Shown here piece after piece: positions 10,068-18,637 of a stretch of DNA of 46,142 nt. The position numbers were made by a program, and so were the translations under genes. The notes under the pieces are model-generated. The model did not search any database. It had not been told where the DNA came from and was given only the letters and a program-made list of their open reading frames with translations. Position 1 is the first letter of the stretch, and each line of letters begins with the position of its first letter. The DNA comes from a virus (Duplodnaviria > Caudoviricetes), in IMG/VR virus record IMGVR_UViG_3300032320_001458, positions 1-46,142 of that record. One strand, written 5' to 3'.

Positions 10068-10075
10068 TATTTATA
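10068..10075 (-). promoter_or_regulatory. T4-type late promoter for the propeller operon
   Basis: TATAAATA about 30 nt upstream of the 10036 start. Confidence 0.75.
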
Positions 10076-10088
10076 TCACACAATTATG

Positions 10089-10328
10089 TTATTTTGGAAA
10101 CAGAGCTTTTGTCTGTGAATCAACATAATATTTAGAAATGTCTGTAAAATTGTTTACCAACATCTTAGCAAATTGTGTTTGAGAATTGATAAAATTATGT
10201 GCGCTTTTATTTAAAATTGGATCTTTAATTATCTTATCTGTTAAATTCTTTTTCAACTGTTGCAACATATCTATTTGTAATTCGATTGTGACACCCGACA
10301 TAAACAAACTTTTATAATCTGTGAACAC
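10089..10328 (-). CDS. Hypothetical protein, possibly phasin-like
   Basis: 79 aa, GTG start with AGGAG SD, amphipathic helical pattern. Confidence 0.5.
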   Translation of the reverse strand: MFTDYKSLFMSGVTIELQIDMLQQLKKNLTDKIIKDPILNKSAHNFINSQTQFAKMLVNNFTDISKYYVDSQTKALFPK

Positions 10329-10396
10329 ATTATTCTCCTAGAGTTTAGAGTGGTAGTTTAATTTTTCGGATAAACTACCAAAAACCTTTTTAATGC

Positions 10397-10621
10397 TTAA
10401 ATTTCGTTAGAAATGAAAGCGTTAAGTTTCTTTGCTTTTGCAATAACATCGTCCTCACTTGGATATTTTATACCAGTTGGTGCTGGTATACTTCTATCAA
10501 TTTCTAATTGGCGATGCCATTGATCTTGTGCAAAACTATTTTTTGAATGATATTCATCAACCAGCAAATCTTTTGCCATAGATAAAAGTTCCATACGAAG
10601 TTCAAAAGGCGTTTTACTCAT
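10397..10621 (-). CDS. Conserved T4-like phage hypothetical protein
   Basis: TPFELRMELL.MAKD...YPS.DDVI.KAK.L..FI pattern; strong SD. Confidence 0.75.
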   Translation of the reverse strand: MSKTPFELRMELLSMAKDLLVDEYHSKNSFAQDQWHRQLEIDRSIPAPTGIKYPSEDDVIAKAKKLNAFISNEI

Positions 10622-10667
10622 ATATTTCTCCTTGTGTGTGATGAGTGTGTGTTTAAAAAGAACAAAA

Positions 10668-10970
10668 TGGTAGGTTATTCTGTTACGAGGAAACCTACCG
10701 AAACCCTAAGCAGTGTTTAGGCTGCTAATGCGTATTCGCTATCATTTGCGTTTACTTTATTTATTTTTAACGACTGATATGTCGAGTAGCCAATTAGTTT
10801 ACTTATTACTCCGTCGAACCTAATTCGGGCCCATCATAAACATACTGTTTGGAACTTTTATTATGAGCATTATTATCTCATTTACCATTAGACAATATGT
10901 TTATGGTGGACCCGGGGGAGAACTGCCCTCCCCGTCCGAAATACCTTTCTAAAAATCAGTTTACTACCAT
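10668..10970 (-). ncRNA. ssrA: Circularly permuted (two-piece) tmRNA; tag ANDSEYALAA; outer ends approximate
   Basis: Acceptor piece ends CGGGTCC-A-CCA at 10904. Coding piece starts GGGCCCGAATTAGGTTCGAC at 10832. G3-U70 pair present. Tag frame 10749-10717. Confidence 0.92.
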
Positions 10971-10977
10971 TAAAGAC

Positions 10978-10985
10978 TATTTATA
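10978..10985 (-). promoter_or_regulatory. T4-type late promoter directly upstream of the tmRNA
   Basis: TATAAATA. Confidence 0.75.
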
Positions 10986-11904
10986 CAAATGAACTAAAAA
11001 AATTAACAATACTAGATTTGAATTTTTCCATACTATAAAAATTTCTCAGATAATTTACATATTCAATGTCTTCGCTTCTCCATACATCAATATCTTCCAT
11101 AACTTTATCTAGTTTACTCATAAAGTCCAAATAATCCATATGATTGACTGGAGTAAGAACTGGTTCTCTAAAAAACTCTTTACCTCCATAACCATGAGAA
11201 CCCACTACTTTACAACCAGAAAATGCAGCTTCAAGTGCGGGTAAACCAAATCCTTCATGTCCAGGAAGACTTAAAAACAATTTTGATTCTCTAAAAATTT
11301 TAGCAACTTCTTCTTTAGAACTATTTTCAATTCTAATTAAATTCCAATTTGGATATTTACCTTTGAGATACTTTTCAAAAAAGAATCCTAAATGAAAATT
11401 TTTAGATGTTAAAAAACATATTGAATTAAATTTTTGATCTGGATAATAAATTTTATCATCTATTCCCATTCTATATGTAAATATTTTATCTCGAGGTACA
11501 TTAAAAACTTTTTGAACACCCAATAAAGTTTCATATGAATTAACTAATATTCCTATTGCATTTTGATATACTATTATATGGTCACTATAACTGCTTTCTG
11601 AGTTAAGAGATCCAGAAATGCCTTGATTTTGTATTACATACTTTATATTATTCCGCATAAGTTCATACGCATAAAATATAAATTCTTCAGACACAACTAC
11701 AATATCATCGTGATTGATATTATACACATCTACAATTTCATATTTTTCATCAATTATGTTATTCCACAATTGTTGTTCCAAATCAGTCATATAATTTACA
11801 CAAACATTAAAGCCTGCTTCTTTTAAGGCTTCCATTTGTTTTAAAATGACGTAAGAACCACCTGAATTTGTATTCAGGGACATTAAATTAAATATTATTC
11901 TCAC
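10981..11904 (-). CDS. GT-B glycosyltransferase (GT4-like)
   Basis: N-terminal SGG and HEGFGLPALEA motif. Confidence 0.85.
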   Translation of the reverse strand: MRIIFNLMSLNTNSGGSYVILKQMEALKEAGFNVCVNYMTDLEQQLWNNIIDEKYEIVDVYNINHDDIVVVSEEFIFYAYELMRNNIKYVIQNQGISGSLNSESSYSDHIIVYQNAIGILVNSYETLLGVQKVFNVPRDKIFTYRMGIDDKIYYPDQKFNSICFLTSKNFHLGFFFEKYLKGKYPNWNLIRIENSSKEEVAKIFRESKLFLSLPGHEGFGLPALEAAFSGCKVVGSHGYGGKEFFREPVLTPVNHMDYLDFMSKLDKVMEDIDVWRSEDIEYVNYLRNFYSMEKFKSSIVNFFSSFV

Positions 11905-12551
11905 AATGAATTATTATATTTTTGAATTGCTTCTTTAAGACCGTCGATATGATTGATTGTTTTTTCTTTAAACACAATAGGTTCTGAATTCTCGACTGCC
12001 ATAATAATAACAATATCATTGATTGGATTACCGACAAGTTCTTCATACATTTTTGCGTATGCAGTGGTTTGCCAAAAGTAATCATCAATATCTTTTTTTG
12101 CTTTAATTCGTTTTGATGTTTTAAAATCAATTACAGATAGAACACCATCAAACTCAGCAATACAGTCAACACGACCTGCAAGACCGAGTTCGATGCTCCA
12201 AAGACTTTGTTCTTGATAATGGATATTGTTGATTTTATTTAAGATAGGTTTGATAGAAAAAAACATTTCTTTAGCATCGGGCATGATAACACCCAATTCT
12301 TCATTATTTAAATACCGTTCACATAGAGTATGAACATTAGTACCACGACCCGATGCTTTTCTAGCAATTTTATTTGCTGTTTCTTCGCCCACTCGTTTTC
12401 GCCATTCCATAATTTCTTTCTTTTTCAATGCACCCAATACTGTGGTGACAGAAGGTAACTTCTCTCCAGTAGGTGTGCTATAGAATCTCTTACCATCTTC
12501 ATTAAAAGACTTGAGATTCTCAATTTTCATCGGTGGGCAATAATTAAACAT
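11901..12551 (-). CDS. PD-(D/E)XK exonuclease
   Basis: PSVTTVL, RGTNVH, AGRVDCIAE, IDFKTS, Q..AY. Confidence 0.9.
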   Translation of the reverse strand: MFNYCPPMKIENLKSFNEDGKRFYSTPTGEKLPSVTTVLGALKKKEIMEWRKRVGEETANKIARKASGRGTNVHTLCERYLNNEELGVIMPDAKEMFFSIKPILNKINNIHYQEQSLWSIELGLAGRVDCIAEFDGVLSVIDFKTSKRIKAKKDIDDYFWQTTAYAKMYEELVGNPINDIVIIMAVENSEPIVFKEKTINHIDGLKEAIQKYNNSL

Positions 12552-12552
12552 A

Positions 12553-13251
12553 TTAAAATCCTAGTAATTGTTTTTGCTTCAAATATTCCTTCACAAAGCC
12601 TGATCTGACAATATCATCAATCGTAAAGAAAACTAAATCTACGTTATCAATTTTCTTTAAAATTTGCATAATATCCAAATATCCACTTTTCTCTTTCTTT
12701 CCATCCAAATCGTTCTGTGCATAGTCGCCACATAAAATGAATCTACAGTTTTCACCGATTCGAGTAAGTACAGTATTTAACTCACCAAAATTTGCAGATT
12801 GGAACTCATCAAATATAACAATAGAATCTCTAAATGTCAACCCTCTGAGAAAACTTGTTGTCTGAAATTCAATAATTTGTTTTGTAATTAAAAATTGCCA
12901 TGCATCACCTCTACCAACTAATTCATTAACAATATGCTTATACGGTTCTTGATATATTTTTGCTTTTTCTTCTAATGTACCAGGTACGAAACCTAAGTCT
13001 CTTGATGGTACTGCGGATCTAATTATAATAATCTTTTTATAATATGATCCATCTGAAAGAATTTCGTTTAATGCGAGATATAATGCTAGAAACGATTTAC
13101 CTGAACCTGCTGAACCAGAAAGAACTAAATGAGAACCTTTATCATACAGTTGAAATGTTTTTTCTTGGTTTGGAGTAAGTGGATTGATAGTCTTTAAGGA
13201 GAAATGCTGTTTTTTCGCCTCTTGTTGACTCGTTTTCTTTTTTCTTTGCAT
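12553..13251 (-). CDS. phoH: PhoH family ATPase
   Basis: GSAGSGKS, LGFVPG, FLRGLTF, DEFQ, GD..Q.D, DIVRSG. Confidence 0.95.
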   Translation of the reverse strand: MQRKKKTSQQEAKKQHFSLKTINPLTPNQEKTFQLYDKGSHLVLSGSAGSGKSFLALYLALNEILSDGSYYKKIIIIRSAVPSRDLGFVPGTLEEKAKIYQEPYKHIVNELVGRGDAWQFLITKQIIEFQTTSFLRGLTFRDSIVIFDEFQSANFGELNTVLTRIGENCRFILCGDYAQNDLDGKKEKSGYLDIMQILKKIDNVDLVFFTIDDIVRSGFVKEYLKQKQLLGF

Positions 13252-13363
13252 CAGAAATGTCCTTATTGTGTTTTTTAGGATATGGATTTTTCATGATGTT
13301 AGTTCTTGACCCATCAATAGCCACAATGGGGTTAACAGCAAGGAGATATGGTACTCTCATTTT

Positions 13364-13645
13364 TTACCATTCCCTTGGCATTTTCGTTTTATGCGATTGT
13401 GCGATTCTGTTACCTGGTACATTCTTAATCATTCGGCCAATAACTTCGCGCTCAAATCGAGCATCTGGTTGTCCGACACCAGGCGTACTCATTCTCATTC
13501 CGTCACCATAGACGGGAAAATCTTTAGCAGTAAAATGCATCTGTAGATTTGGATTGTTCTTCTTGAATTCTTCTAGTTTGGTGTAACTAAATTTATGTTC
13601 TTCAATTTCATTAGTCTCAGTATTTAAAAATGAATAAGTCGGCAA
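13364..13645 (-). CDS. Conserved hypothetical protein, FmdB-like N terminus without cysteines; TTG start
   Basis: (M)PTYSFLNTETNE after GGAG SD at 13656-13653. Confidence 0.65.
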   Translation of the reverse strand: MPTYSFLNTETNEIEEHKFSYTKLEEFKKNNPNLQMHFTAKDFPVYGDGMRMSTPGVGQPDARFEREVIGRMIKNVPGNRIAQSHKTKMPREW

Positions 13646-13659
13646 TTTTAATCTCCATA

Positions 13660-14214
13660 TCATGTGTACCAAACGGGAACAGGTCGAGAGTTTACTTTAC
13701 CTTGCCACGATGCTAAGTGACGTTTGTGTTGTACATAGTATTTTCTATAAGAAGAAATAGAATCACCAGGTACTTTACATTCATCAGGCATTGCTGGCGT
13801 TGGACCAGTAAATTGACCTTCTTTAATGTTTTTTGGTATATTTTTTAACAAAACATAACACAAACCAGTTTCTTCGACTTTGTGTGTCTTACCATACCTG
13901 TATGTATATTCTTCACAAAGTTCGACTAGAAGATTGGATAACCAAATATAATTGGATTTATTTTGTCTAGCCCAAATTGCAGATGGATGATGAATATGAG
14001 TAGCAGAGTACAACATATCTTCTCTATCGTCAGGTAAAATCCAATACTTAGATTTTCTACCTGTTTTTGTTTTAGTTTCTTGTTGAATACCATCCAATAC
14101 TCTGTGGGCAGTAGAAAGTAATTGGGCGTATTCTAGAATCATTTTAATTGAGTGTTTATCAACGTGCATTTGAGCACAAATTTTTGGATTATCGTGAAGG
14201 AAAAAAATGTTAAT
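13660..14214 (-). CDS. Pyrimidine-dimer DNA glycosylase-like protein; probable ATT start
   Basis: HVDKH..KMILEYAQLLSTAH, TH..HPS, EYTYRYGKTH, PAMPD. Frame extends to INIFFLHDNP after AGGAG. Confidence 0.75.
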   Translation of the reverse strand: MNIFFLHDNPKICAQMHVDKHSIKMILEYAQLLSTAHRVLDGIQQETKTKTGRKSKYWILPDDREDMLYSATHIHHPSAIWARQNKSNYIWLSNLLVELCEEYTYRYGKTHKVEETGLCYVLLKNIPKNIKEGQFTGPTPAMPDECKVPGDSISSYRKYYVQHKRHLASWQGKVNSRPVPVWYT

Positions 14215-14431
14215 TTTTATCTCCTTGAAGTGAGTTTAGAAACTTATTCGTATTTCATTCCTGTAGCAAAGCCAAAGTTCTGTAATTTCGTTAAGTCTTT
14301 ATCAATTTTATCTCCAGTGTTAATAAAACGTAAAAAAGTATCTAAACTCAAAGAGCAATATGAATCGATTAGGATATTCATGAATAAACCTTAATAGATA
14401 ATTATCTTATTATTTATTCATGAGTGGTTTG

Positions 14432-14686
14432 TTACGCTGGTGTTACAGGTGCTTTTACTTTAGGAAATCGTTTTGCGATATCTTCGGGTGTAACAGTTTG
14501 CAAAACAAATTGTGAGAATTCACTATAATTATTCTTTACTTTGTATGCGGACCTACCATTAACTGCGGCAGAATCAGCAAAGAACAACGCACATCCACCT
14601 TCCATTAGAGGTGCAATTTCAATGACTTCGTTCAAGTTAATAATAACTTTGCACATTTTTTCAACGGATTCAACTTCAATAAACAT
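14432..14686 (-). CDS. Hypothetical protein
   Basis: 84-aa ORF with AAGGAG SD. Confidence 0.7.
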   Translation of the reverse strand: MFIEVESVEKMCKVIINLNEVIEIAPLMEGGCALFFADSAAVNGRSAYKVKNNYSEFSQFVLQTVTPEDIAKRFPKVKAPVTPA

Positions 14687-14696
14687 ATCATACTCC

Positions 14697-14930
14697 TTAA
14701 ATTAAATTAAATATAAACACAATCGTTTGTATAACAATTAAAAATGTTACTACACCAACAAACCTAACAGAAAATGAAATTGCTTCTTCACGGTAATAAT
14801 CACGTTCAAACCTAATCATATCATTCTGAGCTAAAATTTGAGATGGACAATCGGCACCCATCATTTTGATGGTTTTATCCGATTCATACAATCGGTTTTT
14901 AGCAGAAATATAATTTATAATAGAGATCAT
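14697..14930 (-). CDS. Hypothetical protein with C-terminal transmembrane helix
   Basis: 77-aa ORF in operon. Confidence 0.6.
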   Translation of the reverse strand: MISIINYISAKNRLYESDKTIKMMGADCPSQILAQNDMIRFERDYYREEAISFSVRFVGVVTFLIVIQTIVFIFNLI

Positions 14931-15010
14931 ACTATCACCAATGTCTTAAAATTCCAGCAATAATGAAGCAATTTGTAATTATATATGACTAGTCTCCAAA
15001 AGTAAAGCAT

Positions 15011-15241
15011 TTATTTTATTTTTTCAATTATTTGTTTTGCTTCTTTATATTCTTTTAGGGCATCAACGCGAAGATCATTATTTAAAGTTTCAATAAATGG
15101 TTTTATTTCTTTTTTGAATTGTCGGATTAATTCCATTGAATATATCAAATCATCTGTTGATGCTTGGCTAAACCAAAGTTCAAAACCTTTTGGATCTAAA
15201 GATAAAAGGAAATCTAAATTATTTTTATCATACTCATTCAT
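15011..15241 (-). CDS. Hypothetical protein
   Basis: Likely start MNEYDKNNL overlapping the upstream stop. Confidence 0.6.
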   Translation of the reverse strand: MNEYDKNNLDFLLSLDPKGFELWFSQASTDDLIYSMELIRQFKKEIKPFIETLNNDLRVDALKEYKEAKQIIEKIK

Positions 15242-15557
15242 TGATTTCCTCAAAAATGTCAATAATTGTTTGTTCGGTGATTTTGTTATGTTTTTTCCAG
15301 ACATTCCAAACATAATCAGCATCAGCATTGTGACCTGGAGGTCCAAGCAATTTATATACTCGACCTGAGCGAGTCACACCTGTTCTTTTATCAAAATCAA
15401 ATTTTTCAATTGCAGATGAAACCCTGCCACCAAATTCATCTAAACCGACAAAATGTCTAGATTTAATACCAGAATCATCCGTTGCTTCAATGATTTTCCA
15501 TCGTGACATATAAACTTCCGGATGATCTTCTACGGAGGCAAGAGTCCAAAAACTCAT
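15234..15557 (-). CDS. Hypothetical protein
   Basis: 107 aa, GRVSSAI...GVTRSGRVYKLLGPPG. Confidence 0.7.
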   Translation of the reverse strand: MSFWTLASVEDHPEVYMSRWKIIEATDDSGIKSRHFVGLDEFGGRVSSAIEKFDFDKRTGVTRSGRVYKLLGPPGHNADADYVWNVWKKHNKITEQTIIDIFEEINE

Positions 15558-15563
15558 AATTAT

Positions 15564-15887
15564 TTACTCCTCTGAAATTTCTTCGTCTATATCGGCATCT
15601 TGATAATCAATCCGATTGATGAATTTAAACTTCTGTTCATCTGTCCAAGCGTCTAGATAATCATTATCTTCATTGAAGAGTTCAAGATATTCTTGTTCAT
15701 CCCTCAATTTACGAACAGAACTGATACATTCATCAACGTGTTTTTGTGAAAACTCTTTAAATTCATCTGATACCAATTCACACACAACTTCATCGGCTGC
15801 ATGAGTTGGTTCACGCGCTTCAACAACATACCGGTGTCTAAAAATTGAAACCGTTTCAACAACATAAAGATTCAATTCATCACTCAT
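15564..15887 (-). CDS. Hypothetical acidic protein
   Basis: 107-aa coupled ORF. Confidence 0.7.
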   Translation of the reverse strand: MSDELNLYVVETVSIFRHRYVVEAREPTHAADEVVCELVSDEFKEFSQKHVDECISSVRKLRDEQEYLELFNEDNDYLDAWTDEQKFKFINRIDYQDADIDEEISEE

Positions 15888-16180
15888 TCATTATCTCCTA
15901 CGAGTTTATTTGCAATTGATACGTTTTCTGAAATGTCATTTTCTTTTTGCTGTTTGTATCGATCCCATGATCCAATCATATCATCGGGAACTCCAGCTTC
16001 TTCACGCCAATCAAGATAATCATTATATGTCATATAATAACTCATGAGTGTTACAATAGCACGGCGCAAATCTTCTTCATCATCAAGAAGATCACCAAAA
16101 AGATTTTCATAATCACTTTTGAGTTTAGCAACAATAATATTGTCAACCCATTCATCATTGATATCAACTTTCATTTCCAT
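15884..16180 (-). CDS. Hypothetical acidic protein
   Basis: 98 aa, SD, first gene after a boxed promoter. Confidence 0.7.
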   Translation of the reverse strand: MEMKVDINDEWVDNIIVAKLKSDYENLFGDLLDDEEDLRRAIVTLMSYYMTYNDYLDWREEAGVPDDMIGSWDRYKQQKENDISENVSIANKLVGDNE

Positions 16181-16223
16181 TTTTCACTCCAAAGTTAAGT
16201 TAAAGTCTTTCGACCGTATAATA

Positions 16224-16273
16224 ATTATACCACACCACACGAACTCCGTCAATCGTGTTGCTGGAAAACAACA
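16224..16273 (-). promoter_or_regulatory. Sigma70-type promoter with TGTTG-N8-CAACA box
   Basis: TTGACG-17 bp-TATAAT; box 16256-16273. Confidence 0.8.
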
Positions 16274-17554
16274 CTAATACATTTTATGTGTTCTAATCTC
16301 CTCTATCAATGAGTCTCCATCAATTTGATATTTTAAAAATTGTGCTTTTGTTATTAACTGCGACATACCTTCTAAGGCTTTTTGTGCAGTCATATCTTTA
16401 TATTGTCTTGCAACCCAATACCAACGGAAAGAATTCTGAAAATCACCTTTGTCGTAGTAGTATGATCCAAGTTTCAAAATGCATTTCATGTTTCTTTGTC
16501 TTGCTTGTGCTTCTAAATGTCTTAATCCTTCAACTATATCTTTTTCTTTGCCGGAAATTAACAATGCTAAACCAAGTTCTGTTTGTGCATCAGAATTTTT
16601 ATCCGCAGCATTTTTCCATACATGAATGGCAAGATATTCTCTTTCTTTTCCAAAGACTCCATCTGCAAAAAATTTACCTACTTTGTATTGCAATTCCGAT
16701 TTTAATAAAATTTTTGAACCTGCCTCAAATACACCTGCAACTGCACGTTTATATTCTTTTGGTATTAAATTCTCTTCTGTCATATGAATCAATTCTTCAA
16801 AAGAAGAGAAGTCTTTATGTGTAACGGTTCTTGCTAGAAATACTTTAACGGCAGTAGAATAATCACAACTATCTTTTAATTTCATTCCTACATTAAATGA
16901 GACTGCGGCACTTGCTTTATCATTTAATATAGCTTTAATAACATCGGGTGTTGATGTATCGTCGGTGACACCAGTTGCTTGAAATTTTGCAATTGTTTTT
17001 TCAGCATGAGTTTCACTAACCAAACTTGGATTTTTTTCTGCACCAGCTACATCAATTGAATATATTCTAATTGCTTCAGGTATGTTTTTAAAGTTTTGTG
17101 GACCTCTATCTAAAAATGTGAGTTCTTGTACTTTAGATTTTACTTCATTATAAACTGTTTCTGAAATACTTACGCCACCATAATCTGCCATCGATTCAAT
17201 TCTTGCGGCGACATTCACAACATCACCCATCAGATTGTTACCTTGAATAACAACATCACCTAAGTGTATGCCAAATCTGAACCTCATCTTAGATTTTGTT
17301 GAGTTTAAATTTCTTTTATGTAATGCGTGTTGACAAACAGCGGCGAATCTCACACACATAACTGTACTTGGAAATTCTGCTAGTACGGAATCACCAGCAG
17401 AACCAAATATTCTACCACAATATTCCTCAATCATACCATCAATAATAGTACGACATTCTGAAAGTGTTCTGAGAGTTTCTTCTTCATTTAAACTCATCAT
17501 TTTACTATAACCAACAACATCAGCACAAAATATCGTGGTTAGTTTTCTCTCCAT
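16274..17554 (-). CDS. Class III nucleotidyl cyclase with C-terminal SEL1/TPR-like repeats
   Basis: ADVVGYS, AGDSV, RFGIHLGDV, GD.VNVAARIE, FKNI; C-terminal AQTELG and LGSYY helical repeats. Confidence 0.9.
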   Translation of the reverse strand: MERKLTTIFCADVVGYSKMMSLNEEETLRTLSECRTIIDGMIEEYCGRIFGSAGDSVLAEFPSTVMCVRFAAVCQHALHKRNLNSTKSKMRFRFGIHLGDVVIQGNNLMGDVVNVAARIESMADYGGVSISETVYNEVKSKVQELTFLDRGPQNFKNIPEAIRIYSIDVAGAEKNPSLVSETHAEKTIAKFQATGVTDDTSTPDVIKAILNDKASAAVSFNVGMKLKDSCDYSTAVKVFLARTVTHKDFSSFEELIHMTEENLIPKEYKRAVAGVFEAGSKILLKSELQYKVGKFFADGVFGKEREYLAIHVWKNAADKNSDAQTELGLALLISGKEKDIVEGLRHLEAQARQRNMKCILKLGSYYYDKGDFQNSFRWYWVARQYKDMTAQKALEGMSQLITKAQFLKYQIDGDSLIEEIRTHKMY

Positions 17555-17555
17555 A

Positions 17556-17939
17556 CTAAATCCTTATTAAGTTGAATATGTAAATTATCATTACCAAATA
17601 AGTTAGTTGATGAGCAAGTTGATCCAAACCGAAATGATTCCAAAAAGAAGGTGTAAACATATCTTTATTGCCATGTCTGACTTTTATATAATCAATATGA
17701 TAGTGTATTATACCTTCCAAAAAAGGTAGAACTAAAATTGCTATTGGATTTATCGATTGCACGAATAAACTAAAAATAAATAATGCAATCATACTTGTCC
17801 AAACATGATCCAGACTATGACTAATACCGACCCAATCTCGGTATATTCCTTTTTGTACAATCTGTTTGTGTGTCTGTATTACAAAATCAGCGTAATAATG
17901 TTTGAGTTGCAAAAGCGTAAGTAGAATTATCATATTCAT
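17556..17939 (-). CDS. DUF3307-like membrane protein
   Basis: KHYYADFVIQ, HS..H, HYHIDY.K, GLDQLAH. Confidence 0.8.
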   Translation of the reverse strand: MNMIILLTLLQLKHYYADFVIQTHKQIVQKGIYRDWVGISHSLDHVWTSMIALFIFSLFVQSINPIAILVLPFLEGIIHYHIDYIKVRHGNKDMFTPSFWNHFGLDQLAHQLTYLVMIIYIFNLIRI

Positions 17940-17965
17940 AGTGTTATTCCTTATCCAATATTCTT

Positions 17966-17981
17966 GTTATTTATAAATAAC
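17966..17981. promoter_or_regulatory. Palindromic bidirectional late promoter
   Basis: Perfect palindrome GTTATTTATAAATAAC with TATAAATA on both strands, between divergent genes. Confidence 0.8.
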
Positions 17982-18000
17982 TATAAAACATGAAGGTACT

Positions 18001-18276
18001 ATGGATTTTTTAAGATTAGTCACAGAAGTAGGTTTTCCGATTGCTGCTGCTATTGCTGCGGGATATTTTGTATTTTTAACTCTTAAATTTATTCTAGCTG
18101 GTGTTACCAGTTCCGTCAATAATATGACAAGTATCATCAAAGGACTGGATAGTCGCGTTGATGTTATGAACAATGAAGTGCAAAGAATAGATATTAAAAT
18201 AAGTCATGCATTAGGATTAAGGCCAAATTATGAAAGAATTGCAAGAGCCGAAAGTGGCGATCACAGAAAAGACTAA
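18001..18276 (+). CDS. YvrJ-like single-TM coiled-coil protein
   Basis: EVGFPIAAA transmembrane segment followed by heptads. Confidence 0.65.
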   Translation: MDFLRLVTEVGFPIAAAIAAGYFVFLTLKFILAGVTSSVNNMTSIIKGLDSRVDVMNNEVQRIDIKISHALGLRPNYERIARAESGDHRKD

Positions 18277-18637
18277 TACGGAGAATCAAATGTCCATAGA
18301 AAAATTAGAAGAAGCCCATGCAAAAGGGCAGATGATAGAAAAACTTACTTTTGCATTGTTACCTTTGTTATTTTCATGTGTTGTTTATCTAATGACCGCG
18401 CTTCAGAATCTCGCACATGATGTTACTATTCTTAATGGAAAAATTTCTCTTGTTGTTACTTCAGACAATAAACAAGCAAGCAATTCCGGTGCTGAACTTG
18501 CAAGAGAAAAATTAAGACAAGACTTAGAAAAAGAGATTCAAAAGAATCGTGATATGATTGGTGAAAATAGACAACATATTGCTATTATGGAAGATCGTCT
18601 TGCAATGACAAAAAGAATACCAGCGATTAAAGAATAA
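18230..18637 (+). CDS. Single-TM coiled-coil protein (start may be 18290)
   Basis: LTFALLPLLFSCVVYLM transmembrane segment then coiled coil. Confidence 0.65.
   Translation: MKELQEPKVAITEKTNTENQMSIEKLEEAHAKGQMIEKLTFALLPLLFSCVVYLMTALQNLAHDVTILNGKISLVVTSDNKQASNSGAELAREKLRQDLEKEIQKNRDMIGENRQHIAIMEDRLAMTKRIPAIKE

Noticed and set aside
10061-10080. CRP site TGTGA...TCACA, tempting given the cyclase
   Set aside because: Spacer is 10 bp instead of 6.
10351-10380. Hairpin TGGTAGTTTA-N10-TAAACTACCA as a terminator
   Set aside because: Weak stem, large loop and no U tail on the transcribed minus strand; function unsupported.
11901-12551. Cas4 implying CRISPR adaptation
   Set aside because: Lacks the four-Cys Fe-S motif; it is the usual phoH-adjacent T4-like exonuclease.
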